DNA of 64,000 nucleotides, from NCBI GenBank assembly GCA_024711295.1, contig JANJTB010000002.1, positions 78,223-142,222 of the forward strand, written 5' to 3'. This stretch comes from a bacterium. Lineage in GTDB: Bacteria > Bacteroidota > Ignavibacteria > Kapaibacteriales > UBA2268. A program made the position numbers and the translations under genes. Shown piece after piece: positions 19,917 through 29,829 of the stretch (the first letter of the stretch is position 1; every line of letters starts with the position of its first letter). A model generated the notes under the pieces. It did not search any database and had not been told where the DNA came from. It saw only the letters and a list, made by a program, of their open reading frames with translations.

Positions 19917-20068
19917 ATAAACCAGCTGAAAAGCAAGATACTCCTTACTTTTATTATGATGAATCAGGCTATATGGTATTTACTGCTAAATACCATTTGG
20001 AACGTGGTTATTGCTGCAAGAATAAATGCAGACATTGTCCATGGAAGTCAGGCAAATGCAGATTTTAG
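19886..20068 (+). CDS. Small Cys-rich protein (DUF5522-like)
   Basis: GYMVFTAKYHLERGYCCKNKCRHCPW; AGGAGG at 19871 supports ATG 19886. Confidence 0.75.
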   Translation: MLDNASDKRLDKPAEKQDTPYFYYDESGYMVFTAKYHLERGYCCKNKCRHCPWKSGKCRF

Positions 20069-21021
20069 TTTTCCATATCTTGTTTAATCATTCCAAATCC
20101 TATAGAAATAGCTCCATCGAGAGCTGAGCCTGCTGGTTTAACAATCTTCAGCTTACTATTTTTTGAAATTTCTTCCTCAAGAAGTTTTCTCAGAATAGTA
20201 TTTGCATCAATTATTCCACCCATAAGTGCAACATTTACGGGAAATTTATCTACATTTTTGATAATAGCATCAGGAAGCTCAGATAAGTGCTTTGCTGAGT
20301 CAGTGATTATTCTCATGCATATCTTGTCACCATTTTCGGCACATTTCATGACATAAGGAGTCAGATTTTGATATTCAAATGCTCTTTCAGCATAAGCCTT
20401 AACAATTGTTCTGGGTTCGTCTAAATTAATAGTAGGGTATAATTGAGCAATTTCATCTGCTAAAATTGTAGGCTCACCTCTTCCATCTAATGCTCTGACT
20501 ACTGCTGTAAGGCCTTCCCTACCAATCCAGGCTCCCGAACCTTCGTCGTCTAATTCAATGCCCCAGCCACCGCATCTGTAAAGCTTATCATGGAATTTTC
20601 CAAGCGCGATTGAGCCAGTACCAACAATTGTCATGATTCCATCTCTTCCGCCAAATGCTCCCTCTAAGGCAATTTCTGCATCACTCGTTACGAGTAAGTC
20701 ATTGATAATTGTCTTCTGACTTCGCGCTAATGTACGTATTAAATTCTGGGATCTCATTTTTTCTTCTTCTAACCAAACACCAGCTAAGCCAACAACAATA
20801 GCATCAACTTCAGAAATTTCAATATTAGCTTTTTGGCATAGTTCAGTAATAACAGTCAAAGTACGCTCGCATGATTCTCCAACACCGACTGCACCTATTC
20901 TTGTGGTTCCTGCTACCAATTCAGCTTTGATACTACCTTCACTGTAAATAATTCCTCTTGTTTTTGTTCCACCACCATCTATTCCGATGATTGTATAATC
21001 ATTTTTGTTTATCATTTTCAA
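20065..21021 (-). CDS. BadF/BadG/BcrA/BcrD-type ATPase, probable N-acetylhexosamine kinase
   Basis: GIDGGGTKT, IVGTGS, GGWG..LDDEGSGAWIG. Confidence 0.85.
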   Translation of the reverse strand: MKMINKNDYTIIGIDGGGTKTRGIIYSEGSIKAELVAGTTRIGAVGVGESCERTLTVITELCQKANIEISEVDAIVVGLAGVWLEEEKMRSQNLIRTLARSQKTIINDLLVTSDAEIALEGAFGGRDGIMTIVGTGSIALGKFHDKLYRCGGWGIELDDEGSGAWIGREGLTAVVRALDGRGEPTILADEIAQLYPTINLDEPRTIVKAYAERAFEYQNLTPYVMKCAENGDKICMRIITDSAKHLSELPDAIIKNVDKFPVNVALMGGIIDANTILRKLLEEEISKNSKLKIVKPAGSALDGAISIGFGMIKQDMEN

Positions 21022-21187
21022 AATTTAGAATTTATTATAAAAAACCAAGAGAACTATTACAAAATTTATGCCATTCTTAGTTAAATTTTGACTAAATCTT
21101 TTTAATGGAAAAACTATGAACTTTTGTACTTGTATTTAAGAAAAAAAAATATTAATTTTGAATATTGCTTTATTACTTCCTTAAGAT

Positions 21188-23335
21188 ATGAAACTTAAAA
21201 ACCTATTTATTTTTGTTTCCATTTTTAATATTTCTTTGAGCATTTTAATGTCTCAAAGTGATTCTACAAATGTTAAATATGGAGTTTATGGTGGATTAAA
21301 CTATAATATTCACACAGCCAACTTTACTTCGCTCCCGGGTATTCCAAACTGCTGTCCAAGATTTGAATCCGGAGATGGCTTTGGATTTAATTATGGTTTT
21401 TTAGTGGATTTTCGATTATCTGAATCATTATTTCTTTCGAACAGGCTCGGATTTATTACGCATGGTGCAGTTCTTTCCAAGCTTGAAGATGAGGTGTTGA
21501 TTAGTCCATCAGGGCCAATTAACGGTGAATTTAAGCATTCAGTTGATTCGAAACTTCTAAATTTGGGACTCGAGCCTACTTTATCATACTATGTTTTTAA
21601 TAATTTTCAGGTAAACCTTGGGATTAGAGCCAGCTATTTGATATCTTCTACTTTTTCGCAAGTTGAGGAAATAACTAAACCTGAACGTGCCGGTACCTTT
21701 GTTGATGAAAATGGAGTTGACACCAAAAAACGCACAAGAAATGAGTATTCAGGAGATATTCCACAAAGTGCTATGTTTCAGTCCGGCGCTAATTTCGGTA
21801 TTGCTTATGATTTACCATTAAACAGTAAAAATACTTTTCATTTGGCTCCTGAACTGTCTTTCTATTATCCAATTACAAACATAATTTCAACTTCTGATTG
21901 GAATGTGTATAGTCTTAAGCTCAATTTTGCGATTAAATACTCACCAGAAAAGTCAATATCTAAAATTAAGGATTTAAAACGGAAGTATATTATTGATACC
22001 ATTGTTATAAAAAATGAAGTTATAGCAAAAAGTGTTTACAGTGAAGGTAAGGAACTATTTGAAAAAAATGAAACTTCAAGTGAAATTATCGAGCAAATTA
22101 CAAGAACAGATACATTGTTCATCCCGGACGATTCACCCAAAGTTCAGATTTCAATAAAAGCTATTGGTATAGATGATAAAGGTAACGAAACCGAAGTACC
22201 TAAAATTGTTGTAGAAGAGTATATTTCCAATCGTTTAGACCCATTACTTAATTATGTGTTTTTTGATGAAAATTCGTATAAGGTACCTGAAAGATATAAA
22301 ATTATCAGTAAAGATGAAGCCATTAATTTTAATATTAACACACTCTACAAAGATTCTACATTGGCTATTTATCATAATATATTGAATATTATAGGTGACA
22401 GGTTAAGCAAATTAAAGGACTCAAAACTTACACTTACCGGTTGCAATGCTGATATCGGCAGTGAATTGAATAATAAAGACTTATCCTTAAAAAGAGCTGA
22501 AGTGATAAAAAGTTATTTAGTTGACAATTTCAATATTAAACAGGATAGAATTAAAATAATCACCCGTAATTTGCCGGTAAAAGCATCTTTGCCAAAAGAT
22601 GATATTGACAAAAGTGCTGAAAACAGGAGAGTTGAAATTAGTTCAGATAATCCAAAAGTATTTGAACCGATCTACATCGAAAATGTGGATAGAAAAACTA
22701 ATTATCCTATAATCAGATTATTAAATAATTATGGCGATAAATCACAAGTAAAATCATGGGAAATTAAGACTCTTACTCCACATGAGATGATTATCTTAAG
22801 TAGTTTAAATTCAAATGATATAACAGAACTCATTGATTGGAAGTTATCACAAAGAATAAGCAATTTCAAAGATCTAACAAAACCCTTCAGGTTTCAACTT
22901 AAAGTTGTCTCCAAGAATGATATTGCTTATGAAGCTAAATCAGATCAAATTCCAATTGAACTTATTACTATTCAAGAGAAGAAAAATTTACAGATTGATG
23001 ATTATGAGGTTGAAAAATTTAGTTTGATTTTATTCGATTTTGATAAAGCGAAAATTGAAAGTATCAATGATAAAATAATAAAATTGATAAAAGAAAAGCT
23101 AAAACCAAACTCAGAATTAGAAATCAGAGCTTATACAGACAGAACCGGAGATGAAAATTACAACAAAAAGCTGTCACAACTCAGAGCTCAGGAAACTGTT
23201 AAAACTCTGAGCAGACCTGATGCTTATGCAATTGGAATTGGTGAGGATGAAGTTATTTATAATAATGACCTACCTGAAGGGCGATTCTACAGTAGAACTG
23301 TTACAATAACAATCAGGAACAAAGTTGAAAGATAG
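21188..23335 (+). CDS. OmpA-family protein: N-terminal beta-barrel plus two OmpA-like domains
   Basis: Signal peptide; barrel-type strands; YVFFDENS...LSLKRAEVIK...NRRVEI and FDFDKA...YTDRTG...LSQLRA...GRFYSRTV. Confidence 0.78.
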   Translation: MKLKNLFIFVSIFNISLSILMSQSDSTNVKYGVYGGLNYNIHTANFTSLPGIPNCCPRFESGDGFGFNYGFLVDFRLSESLFLSNRLGFITHGAVLSKLEDEVLISPSGPINGEFKHSVDSKLLNLGLEPTLSYYVFNNFQVNLGIRASYLISSTFSQVEEITKPERAGTFVDENGVDTKKRTRNEYSGDIPQSAMFQSGANFGIAYDLPLNSKNTFHLAPELSFYYPITNIISTSDWNVYSLKLNFAIKYSPEKSISKIKDLKRKYIIDTIVIKNEVIAKSVYSEGKELFEKNETSSEIIEQITRTDTLFIPDDSPKVQISIKAIGIDDKGNETEVPKIVVEEYISNRLDPLLNYVFFDENSYKVPERYKIISKDEAINFNINTLYKDSTLAIYHNILNIIGDRLSKLKDSKLTLTGCNADIGSELNNKDLSLKRAEVIKSYLVDNFNIKQDRIKIITRNLPVKASLPKDDIDKSAENRRVEISSDNPKVFEPIYIENVDRKTNYPIIRLLNNYGDKSQVKSWEIKTLTPHEMIILSSLNSNDITELIDWKLSQRISNFKDLTKPFRFQLKVVSKNDIAYEAKSDQIPIELITIQEKKNLQIDDYEVEKFSLILFDFDKAKIESINDKIIKLIKEKLKPNSELEIRAYTDRTGDENYNKKLSQLRAQETVKTLSRPDAYAIGIGEDEVIYNNDLPEGRFYSRTVTITIRNKVER

Positions 23336-23337
23336 AG

Positions 23338-23895
23338 TTATAATTGATTATAACGAAAGCAATTGACTGTGTGATCATTAACCATACCAGCTGCCTGCAT
23401 AAATGCGTAGCAAATGGTTGTACCTACGAATTTAAATCCATATTTTTTCAATGACTTGCTCATTTCATCTGACTCTTTTGTGCTAACTGGAATATCTTTA
23501 TGATTTAACCAGGAATTTTTGATTGTTTTACCGTCAGTGAATTGCCAGATGTATTGATCAAAGGAGCCGAATTTTGCTTGGATTTCCATAAAAGAACGAG
23601 CATTTGTAACAGCTGACTCAATTTTAAGTTTATTTCTGATTATACCTTTATCCTGCATCAGTACATCTAACTTATCTTGTGTATAATTGCTGATAATTCT
23701 GTAGTCAAAATTGTCGAATGCTGATCTAAAGTTCTCACGTTTCATCAAAATAGTTTTCCAGCTCAATCCTGCTTGAAATCCATCAAGTATAATAAATTCA
23801 AATAGCTTATCATCGTCATGTAAAGGTACTCCCCATTCATTATCATGGTAATCAATTTCGAGTTCACTATTGACGCACCAACTGCATCTATCCAT
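23338..23895 (-). CDS. tag: DNA-3-methyladenine glycosylase I
   Basis: RCSW, YHDNEWG, FQAGLSW, GIIRNKLKI, GFKFVG, NDH..C. Confidence 0.95.
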   Translation of the reverse strand: MDRCSWCVNSELEIDYHDNEWGVPLHDDDKLFEFIILDGFQAGLSWKTILMKRENFRSAFDNFDYRIISNYTQDKLDVLMQDKGIIRNKLKIESAVTNARSFMEIQAKFGSFDQYIWQFTDGKTIKNSWLNHKDIPVSTKESDEMSKSLKKYGFKFVGTTICYAFMQAAGMVNDHTVNCFRYNQL

Positions 23896-23905
23896 TAACA
23901 AATCC

Positions 23906-25816
23906 TCATTTTAGTAAATACTCAACTCTTCGCATTACATCGTTAATAAACCTTTCATTATTGGTAAAACCTCTTATAATAAACCTGACTTTGGATTCAT
24001 TATCAAGAATAATGGTTGTAGGTAAACCGATAATGCCTATTTGTATGGGCAAGGCATCATATACATCCCGAACTATAGGGAAATTTATCTTATTTTGGGC
24101 TATAAATCTTTTTAAATCATCTTTAGAGGAAACCTGATTATCGAGAGTGTTAACAGCTACAACTTCCACATTATTAATATCTTCCAACAACTTAGTCAGG
24201 TTTTCTAAAGCAGGAAACATAGCCTGACAGGGAGCACACCAACTTGATACAAAATTCATTATAACAATTTTTCCTGATAGGTCTTTATAATTAATCAGAG
24301 TTCCTTCGACGGACTCAAGAGAATATTGTAATGGTTCAAAATTTGTAAATTCATTCTGCAACAAGTCATTATAGGCAATTTTACTTTTTATCAACAGACT
24401 ATCTAAAGAAAGTTGGTAAATTGAGTCATTGCTGAAATATATTTTTTTGAAAAGTTCTTCATGTTCTTCCAGAATCTTCTCACTGCTTTTAGAATTAATG
24501 ATTGCATATTCAGCAACTAGTAATGCTTTTTGAAATTCATTGAATTTATTAAGTATTGCTATATAGTTTTCAAAAAATTCTTCATTGGCTATACTTCTGT
24601 AGAGTTTAGCTGCCTGCTCATACAACGGTATTGCATTTATTGGTTCATACTCACTAAAAATTTCAGCTTTTGATTCAAGATAAGATGCTTGCTCGATATC
24701 CAAAATATCAAGCCACTCGCCTTTTGTGTATGCAGATGGTTTTGAATTGAAGTTCACATCTCTATAACTCGTAAGTTTAGTATCGCCTTTAGATATAAAT
24801 GAATACACCAGTTGCTTGAATTGGGGTTCGTTATGTTTGCCGGATTTCAGGTAAAAGTCAAATATGCTCTTAGCAATTCTTCCATAGCTGTTAACAGGTA
24901 CAAAGTCGTTGGAATCAATAAACTTAATTAAATCCTGAACCTTATTGGCTTGAAGATGTGAAGTTATGTAAGCAGTTAATATTCTGTTCAGATTTGTTGA
25001 ATTCTTAAATTTTTTAAAATAATCATCACACGCTTCTCTAAATTTTTGGAAATTATCTGCTTCGGAAATTTCAGCAATCAGATTATCTTCAGCAATTTCT
25101 GAGTAAGGGAATTTACTAATGTATAATTTAGTAACTTCAAGTGCTTTATCATTTAAATTTCTTGAAGTTAGTGCCCTGATTTTTGCTTTGACATCGCTGT
25201 GATTAGTTATAGCAACATTTGATTCAGATATTTTTGCTAATTTATCATTAAAATCATCCTTGCTGATTTTCTTCATATCAAATAATGTAGTAGCCAAACC
25301 TAGCTCTGCAGCAATGTTGTCAGGATAATATGAAAGCTCAGACTCTAAATGCTTTATGGCTTCGTAAAAATCAGGTATTCTGTCAATATTTGATGATATG
25401 CTTCCAAGTCTGGATAGTGCAGCTTTCAAGTGTGCATACCTGACAGGTATATCATTGTGGTATGTTAATATATCCCAATATTTTGCGTTATTATTGTCAA
25501 CAATATCAAATATTTTACCTGCATGGAAAATTTTCATCATAGTGTAAACAATGCTGTCTGGAAGTACAAACTTGCCTTCGAATCCATTTTGTGTTTTTTG
25601 TAAAGTAATTTCATGACCTATTGGAAGTGATGATAAGCCATTGAAATAATACAGCATTAAATCAACTTCAGAGAATTTTTCAAATCTACTGTTAACTGAA
25701 TAAAGCACATTGACAGTATCACCATTAGATGGATTTTCAGGATGAAATTTTAAATGAGCTGAATTTACTAAGGTAAAAGATTGAATTAAAACTATTGCAA
25801 TAATTATATATTTCAT
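23906..25816 (-). CDS. Exported TPR-like protein with C-terminal TlpA/redoxin domain
   Basis: Signal peptide, helical middle region, NFVSSWCAPC and GLPTTIILD. Confidence 0.8.
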   Translation of the reverse strand: MKYIIIAIVLIQSFTLVNSAHLKFHPENPSNGDTVNVLYSVNSRFEKFSEVDLMLYYFNGLSSLPIGHEITLQKTQNGFEGKFVLPDSIVYTMMKIFHAGKIFDIVDNNNAKYWDILTYHNDIPVRYAHLKAALSRLGSISSNIDRIPDFYEAIKHLESELSYYPDNIAAELGLATTLFDMKKISKDDFNDKLAKISESNVAITNHSDVKAKIRALTSRNLNDKALEVTKLYISKFPYSEIAEDNLIAEISEADNFQKFREACDDYFKKFKNSTNLNRILTAYITSHLQANKVQDLIKFIDSNDFVPVNSYGRIAKSIFDFYLKSGKHNEPQFKQLVYSFISKGDTKLTSYRDVNFNSKPSAYTKGEWLDILDIEQASYLESKAEIFSEYEPINAIPLYEQAAKLYRSIANEEFFENYIAILNKFNEFQKALLVAEYAIINSKSSEKILEEHEELFKKIYFSNDSIYQLSLDSLLIKSKIAYNDLLQNEFTNFEPLQYSLESVEGTLINYKDLSGKIVIMNFVSSWCAPCQAMFPALENLTKLLEDINNVEVVAVNTLDNQVSSKDDLKRFIAQNKINFPIVRDVYDALPIQIGIIGLPTTIILDNESKVRFIIRGFTNNERFINDVMRRVEYLLK

Positions 25817-25820
25817 TTAC

Positions 25821-26675
25821 TTACCTTGAATTAAGTATAATATTTTCCTTCAAATATTCAAAAGCCTCATCCGGAGTATTAGCATATCTAAATAGCTCTA
25901 AATCAGATTTGTTTATCATACCAACTTCAACCAAATAATCAAAATTAATAAGATTTTTCCAAAACTTTTCATGATAAAGAACAATCGGTAACGGCTTAGA
26001 AACTTTATAAGTTTGCTTAAGCGTCAGAATTTCCATCAACTCATCCAAGGTACCAAAACCTCCTGGCATTGCAACAATACCTTTTGCGTAATAGACAAAC
26101 CAAAATTTCCTCATAAAGAAGTAATGGAATTCAAAATTTAGTTCCGGTGTGATATAGCTATTGGGATACTGTTCGAAGGGCAAACTGATGTTAAGTCCAA
26201 TATTCGGTGATTTTGCCCTCCATGCTCCCCGATTTGCAGCTTCCATCATTCCTGGGCCTCCACCAGTACAAATATGCATTTTTTGATGATCAGGCAAAGT
26301 TTTTGACCATTCAGATATCATTTCAGCAAGAATTACTGCATCATTGTAGCACCTTGTCATATCATAGGTTTTCATGTGATTTTCGATTTTTTCCTGAACA
26401 AAGATTTTATCATCAGGAGCTGCGAGAGCCAATTGGTCATTTAAATCTTTTAACTTGGTTTCAAATTCGTCAAGTGATAATGTTCTGGCTGATCCATAGA
26501 AAACTACAGTTCCCCTTATTCCATATTTTCTAAAATACTGTTCCGGGTATGAATATTCTGAAATCATTCTTATTAATCTTCCATCTTTGGAATGGATAAA
26601 CTCTTTATTATCGTAAGCTTTAGCAGCTTTTTCGATTTTACCTTTTATTACGTTCTCGGGATTTCTGAATTCCAT
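25821..26675 (-). CDS. LOG-family (TIGR00730-like) nucleotide-binding protein
   Basis: VFYGSAR, TGGGPGMMEAANRGA, FHYFFMRK, PGGFGTLDE. Confidence 0.92.
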   Translation of the reverse strand: MEFRNPENVIKGKIEKAAKAYDNKEFIHSKDGRLIRMISEYSYPEQYFRKYGIRGTVVFYGSARTLSLDEFETKLKDLNDQLALAAPDDKIFVQEKIENHMKTYDMTRCYNDAVILAEMISEWSKTLPDHQKMHICTGGGPGMMEAANRGAWRAKSPNIGLNISLPFEQYPNSYITPELNFEFHYFFMRKFWFVYYAKGIVAMPGGFGTLDELMEILTLKQTYKVSKPLPIVLYHEKFWKNLINFDYLVEVGMINKSDLELFRYANTPDEAFEYLKENIILNSR

Positions 26676-26692
26676 ATTTATTTCCTTTAAAA

Positions 26693-27409
26693 TTATAAAT
26701 TATAACCACCATCAACCGAAATATTTTGACCTGTAATGTAATTACTGCATGTAGCAAAAAAATAAACCGCATCAAATACATCTTTAACAGAACCAAATCT
26801 TTTCATTGGAATTCTGGCACCAGACAATGCTAACTCTTCATCAGGTTGTTCATCGGGTATTTCAATGCTTCCCGGAGAAACCGAATTAACTGCTATTGTT
26901 GGTGCTAACTCGTATGCAAGAGCTTTTGTTAATTGCAAAACTCCTGCTTTTGAGATATTATATGGAATTCTACCTTTCCATATTCTAAATGCACCCATTG
27001 AAGCTATGTTAATAATTTTAGAATTACTTAATGCGTTTTTGCTAAAGATTTTTGATATTTCAAAATAACTTTTCAGATTTGTATCAATTACTTCATTCCA
27101 GAGTTCAGAATCAGTTTCCTGCAAACTATGTTGTTTAGGATAGATGGCTGCATTGTTAATTAATACGTCAGGATACCCAAATTCACATGTAATTCGGTGA
27201 AATTTCTCTCTGAATTTGTTAATGTCCCTTACATCAGATTGAAATGAAATTGAGTTAACATCGTAAGATTTTAATAACTCCATTGTTTCCATTGCTTTAT
27301 CAGATGATTTATTATAGTGAACAATAACATTCCAACCAGATTTAGCAAATTCGATTGCTAATCCTCTTCCTAATCTCCTTCCGCTACCCGTGATTAAAAC
27401 TGTTGACAT
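26693..27409 (-). CDS. SDR-family oxidoreductase (pteridine reductase-like)
   Basis: TGSGRRLG, VHY, NNAA, YNISK, ITGQ..VDGG. Confidence 0.88.
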   Translation of the reverse strand: MSTVLITGSGRRLGRGLAIEFAKSGWNVIVHYNKSSDKAMETMELLKSYDVNSISFQSDVRDINKFREKFHRITCEFGYPDVLINNAAIYPKQHSLQETDSELWNEVIDTNLKSYFEISKIFSKNALSNSKIINIASMGAFRIWKGRIPYNISKAGVLQLTKALAYELAPTIAVNSVSPGSIEIPDEQPDEELALSGARIPMKRFGSVKDVFDAVYFFATCSNYITGQNISVDGGYNL

Positions 27410-27481
27410 TTTGTTATTTGATAAAAAAAAGCTAAATTAAGTTACTTTTTGAAGTAATTTTGTAAAAAATATTTAAGTATC

Positions 27482-29527
27482 ATGTCTAAACATATATTAC
27501 GAATTATAATTCATATCCTTTTATTTAATTTCATTATTTATTATGTGGAATCAGCACCCAACACTTATAGAGTATTTTTTCAGGATAAAGGTGTTGGAGT
27601 CTTTGAAAAAGGTTCAGATCTTTATAATAAAGCATTGGAAACTTTATCTGATAGAGCAATCAAAAGAAGGTTAAGTAATGGTTTCGAAAGTGTAACATTT
27701 CAGGATATTCCTGTCAATAATTATTATCTTACTGAAATTGAAAAATTAGGTGCTGTAATTTTAGCAAAAGTACGTTGGGAGAATTACTGTGTGATTTTTT
27801 TGGAGGATGAGGTTAAATTAGATCAAATTAAAAAAATGAAGTTCGTTAAACATGTTCAAGCAACATCATCCGAGTTTTTAAGTATGAATTTTGGACTTGA
27901 AAATTATTCACATGATAGAAATTCAAAATCAATAGTTGAGAAATTATCAGTAAATTTAAGCGATGATGAATCTGACAGTTATTTTGGAATGACAGAATAT
28001 TACTTGAAAACATTAAACATTTCAAAAATTCACCAATCCGGAATAACAGGAGATAGTGTATTAATTGGTTTTTTGGATACAGGTTTTCGTCCATCAAAGA
28101 TAAAAAGTATGAGCAACATAAATGTTGTTGCCGAAAGAGATTTTATATTTAGAGACGACATTACCTATAATCAACAATTTGACCACTCTTCACAGGACCA
28201 TCATGGAACAATTTGTTTGGCTTTGGCATTGGCAAATCAACCCGGCACTTACATGGGTTCTTCACCTAATGCATCAGTGGCACTTGCAAAGACTGAGAAC
28301 CTTTCGTATGAGCGAAAAATTGAAGAAGATTGGTATTATGAAGGAACTGAATGGCTTGAGTCTCAAGGAGTAGATATAATTAGTGCATCACTTGGTTATT
28401 ACAGGTTTGACAGTACCGATATTTCATACAACTATACCAACCTTGACGGAGAATTCCCCGTAGCATCTAAAGCTGTTAAGAATGCCTCAGAAAGAGGCAT
28501 ACTGTTTATGATAGCAGCAGGCAATAACGGACCTAAACCAAAAAGTTTGAATACACCTGCAGATTCTGATTATGGCTTAGTAGTAGGTGCTATTGACAGC
28601 TTACTCAATGTAACACAGTTCTCATCTCGCGGACCTGACGGCTTGGACAGAATTAAACCTCATGTTTTAGCACCAGGCAATGATGTTCCTGTGCCAAGTC
28701 CAACTGAATTCGACGCATTTAGCAAAGGGAAAGGTACTTCGCTTGCAACTCCTTTGGTGAGTGGTGGGGCTGCATTAATTAAATCTGCTTTCCCTGAACT
28801 AAAGAGTAATGAAATAAAAAATATGATTATCAAAAGTAGTAATAATTATGAAAACCCTGATAACGAAAAAGGTTATGGGATACCTGATTTTTATAACGCT
28901 ATGATTGACTATGATGTAGTTATTTCAGAAATGATGACTTATCCAACAAATAAATACCAAAGAGTAATTTTTAAAATTAATTATTCTAAGCCAATTGACT
29001 TTGCAGAATTATATATTCACTCAGAAACAAATGGAGTAATTACTAATTTAAATCTAAATAGTTCTTTTGATAATTTGTATTATGCTGATGTCCCTTATTC
29101 AAGTTTTGTTAAAGATACGTTATTGGTTAGTACAAAAGCATTTTATGATAATAATTCGAAAAATAGGCGTAAACCATACTTTGAAGAGCAATTTATATAC
29201 CTTATAAAAAACTCAGAAAAGTTGAGTACTGATATTGATACTAACAATTTACCATCAAATATTTTTACACTAAAAGAATCTGGTGTTTCAAATACAATCG
29301 CTGTAGTTAAAGATGGAAATCTTAATCTCAAGTTTAAAGATGAAATTTTTACAAACTCTCAAATCAGTATATTTAATTTAGTTGGTTCTGAAATTCTCAG
29401 TAAAAACTTATCTATTGGCCATGGAAATGATGTTAACATTGATATTAAAAATCTAACTACCGGAATTTACTTTGTAAAGGTGAAAAAAAATAATTCAAAC
29501 GAAATTTTAAAAATTTTGATTTACTGA
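27482..29527 (+). CDS. S8 subtilisin-like serine peptidase with T9SS C-terminal domain
   Basis: Catalytic triad FLDTG/HGT/GTSLATP, AAGN; tail IFNLVG...LTTGIYFVKV. Confidence 0.88.
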   Translation: MSKHILRIIIHILLFNFIIYYVESAPNTYRVFFQDKGVGVFEKGSDLYNKALETLSDRAIKRRLSNGFESVTFQDIPVNNYYLTEIEKLGAVILAKVRWENYCVIFLEDEVKLDQIKKMKFVKHVQATSSEFLSMNFGLENYSHDRNSKSIVEKLSVNLSDDESDSYFGMTEYYLKTLNISKIHQSGITGDSVLIGFLDTGFRPSKIKSMSNINVVAERDFIFRDDITYNQQFDHSSQDHHGTICLALALANQPGTYMGSSPNASVALAKTENLSYERKIEEDWYYEGTEWLESQGVDIISASLGYYRFDSTDISYNYTNLDGEFPVASKAVKNASERGILFMIAAGNNGPKPKSLNTPADSDYGLVVGAIDSLLNVTQFSSRGPDGLDRIKPHVLAPGNDVPVPSPTEFDAFSKGKGTSLATPLVSGGAALIKSAFPELKSNEIKNMIIKSSNNYENPDNEKGYGIPDFYNAMIDYDVVISEMMTYPTNKYQRVIFKINYSKPIDFAELYIHSETNGVITNLNLNSSFDNLYYADVPYSSFVKDTLLVSTKAFYDNNSKNRRKPYFEEQFIYLIKNSEKLSTDIDTNNLPSNIFTLKESGVSNTIAVVKDGNLNLKFKDEIFTNSQISIFNLVGSEILSKNLSIGHGNDVNIDIKNLTTGIYFVKVKKNNSNEILKILIY

Positions 29528-29536
29528 TATTTTTTT

Positions 29537-29568
29537 CTTGCACAGAATTTAAAATTGTATTACTTTTG
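29537..29568 (+). promoter_or_regulatory. Promoter for the tRNA-Ala/tRNA-Asp pair
   Basis: CTTG - 20 nt - TACTTTTG (29561-29568). Confidence 0.55.
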
Positions 29569-29604
29569 TATTTCCCAATCGGGACGGAATCTTCAAACCA
29601 GAAA

Positions 29605-29677
<73 letters not shown>

Positions 29678-29692
29678 CGAAAAATAAAATTT

Positions 29693-29767
29693 GGAGCTGT
29701 AGCTCAGTTTGGTTAGAGCGTCTGCCTGTCACGCAGAAGGCCGCGAGTTCGAGTCTCGTCAGCTCCG
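29693..29767 (+). tRNA. tRNA-Asp (GTC)
   Basis: Acceptor GGAGCTG/CAGCTCC; anticodon arm TCTGC-CTGTCAC-GCAGA. Confidence 0.96.
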
Positions 29768-29771
29768 CAAA

Positions 29772-29810
29772 AAAAATCCTTTGTAAAATGTAATTTACAA
29801 AGGATTTTTT
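29772..29810. terminator. Bidirectional terminator after tRNA-Asp
   Basis: AAAAATCCTTTGTAAA/TTTACAAAGGATTTTT inverted repeat. Confidence 0.75.
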
Positions 29811-29829
29811 ATTTATGTTTAATCTAATC

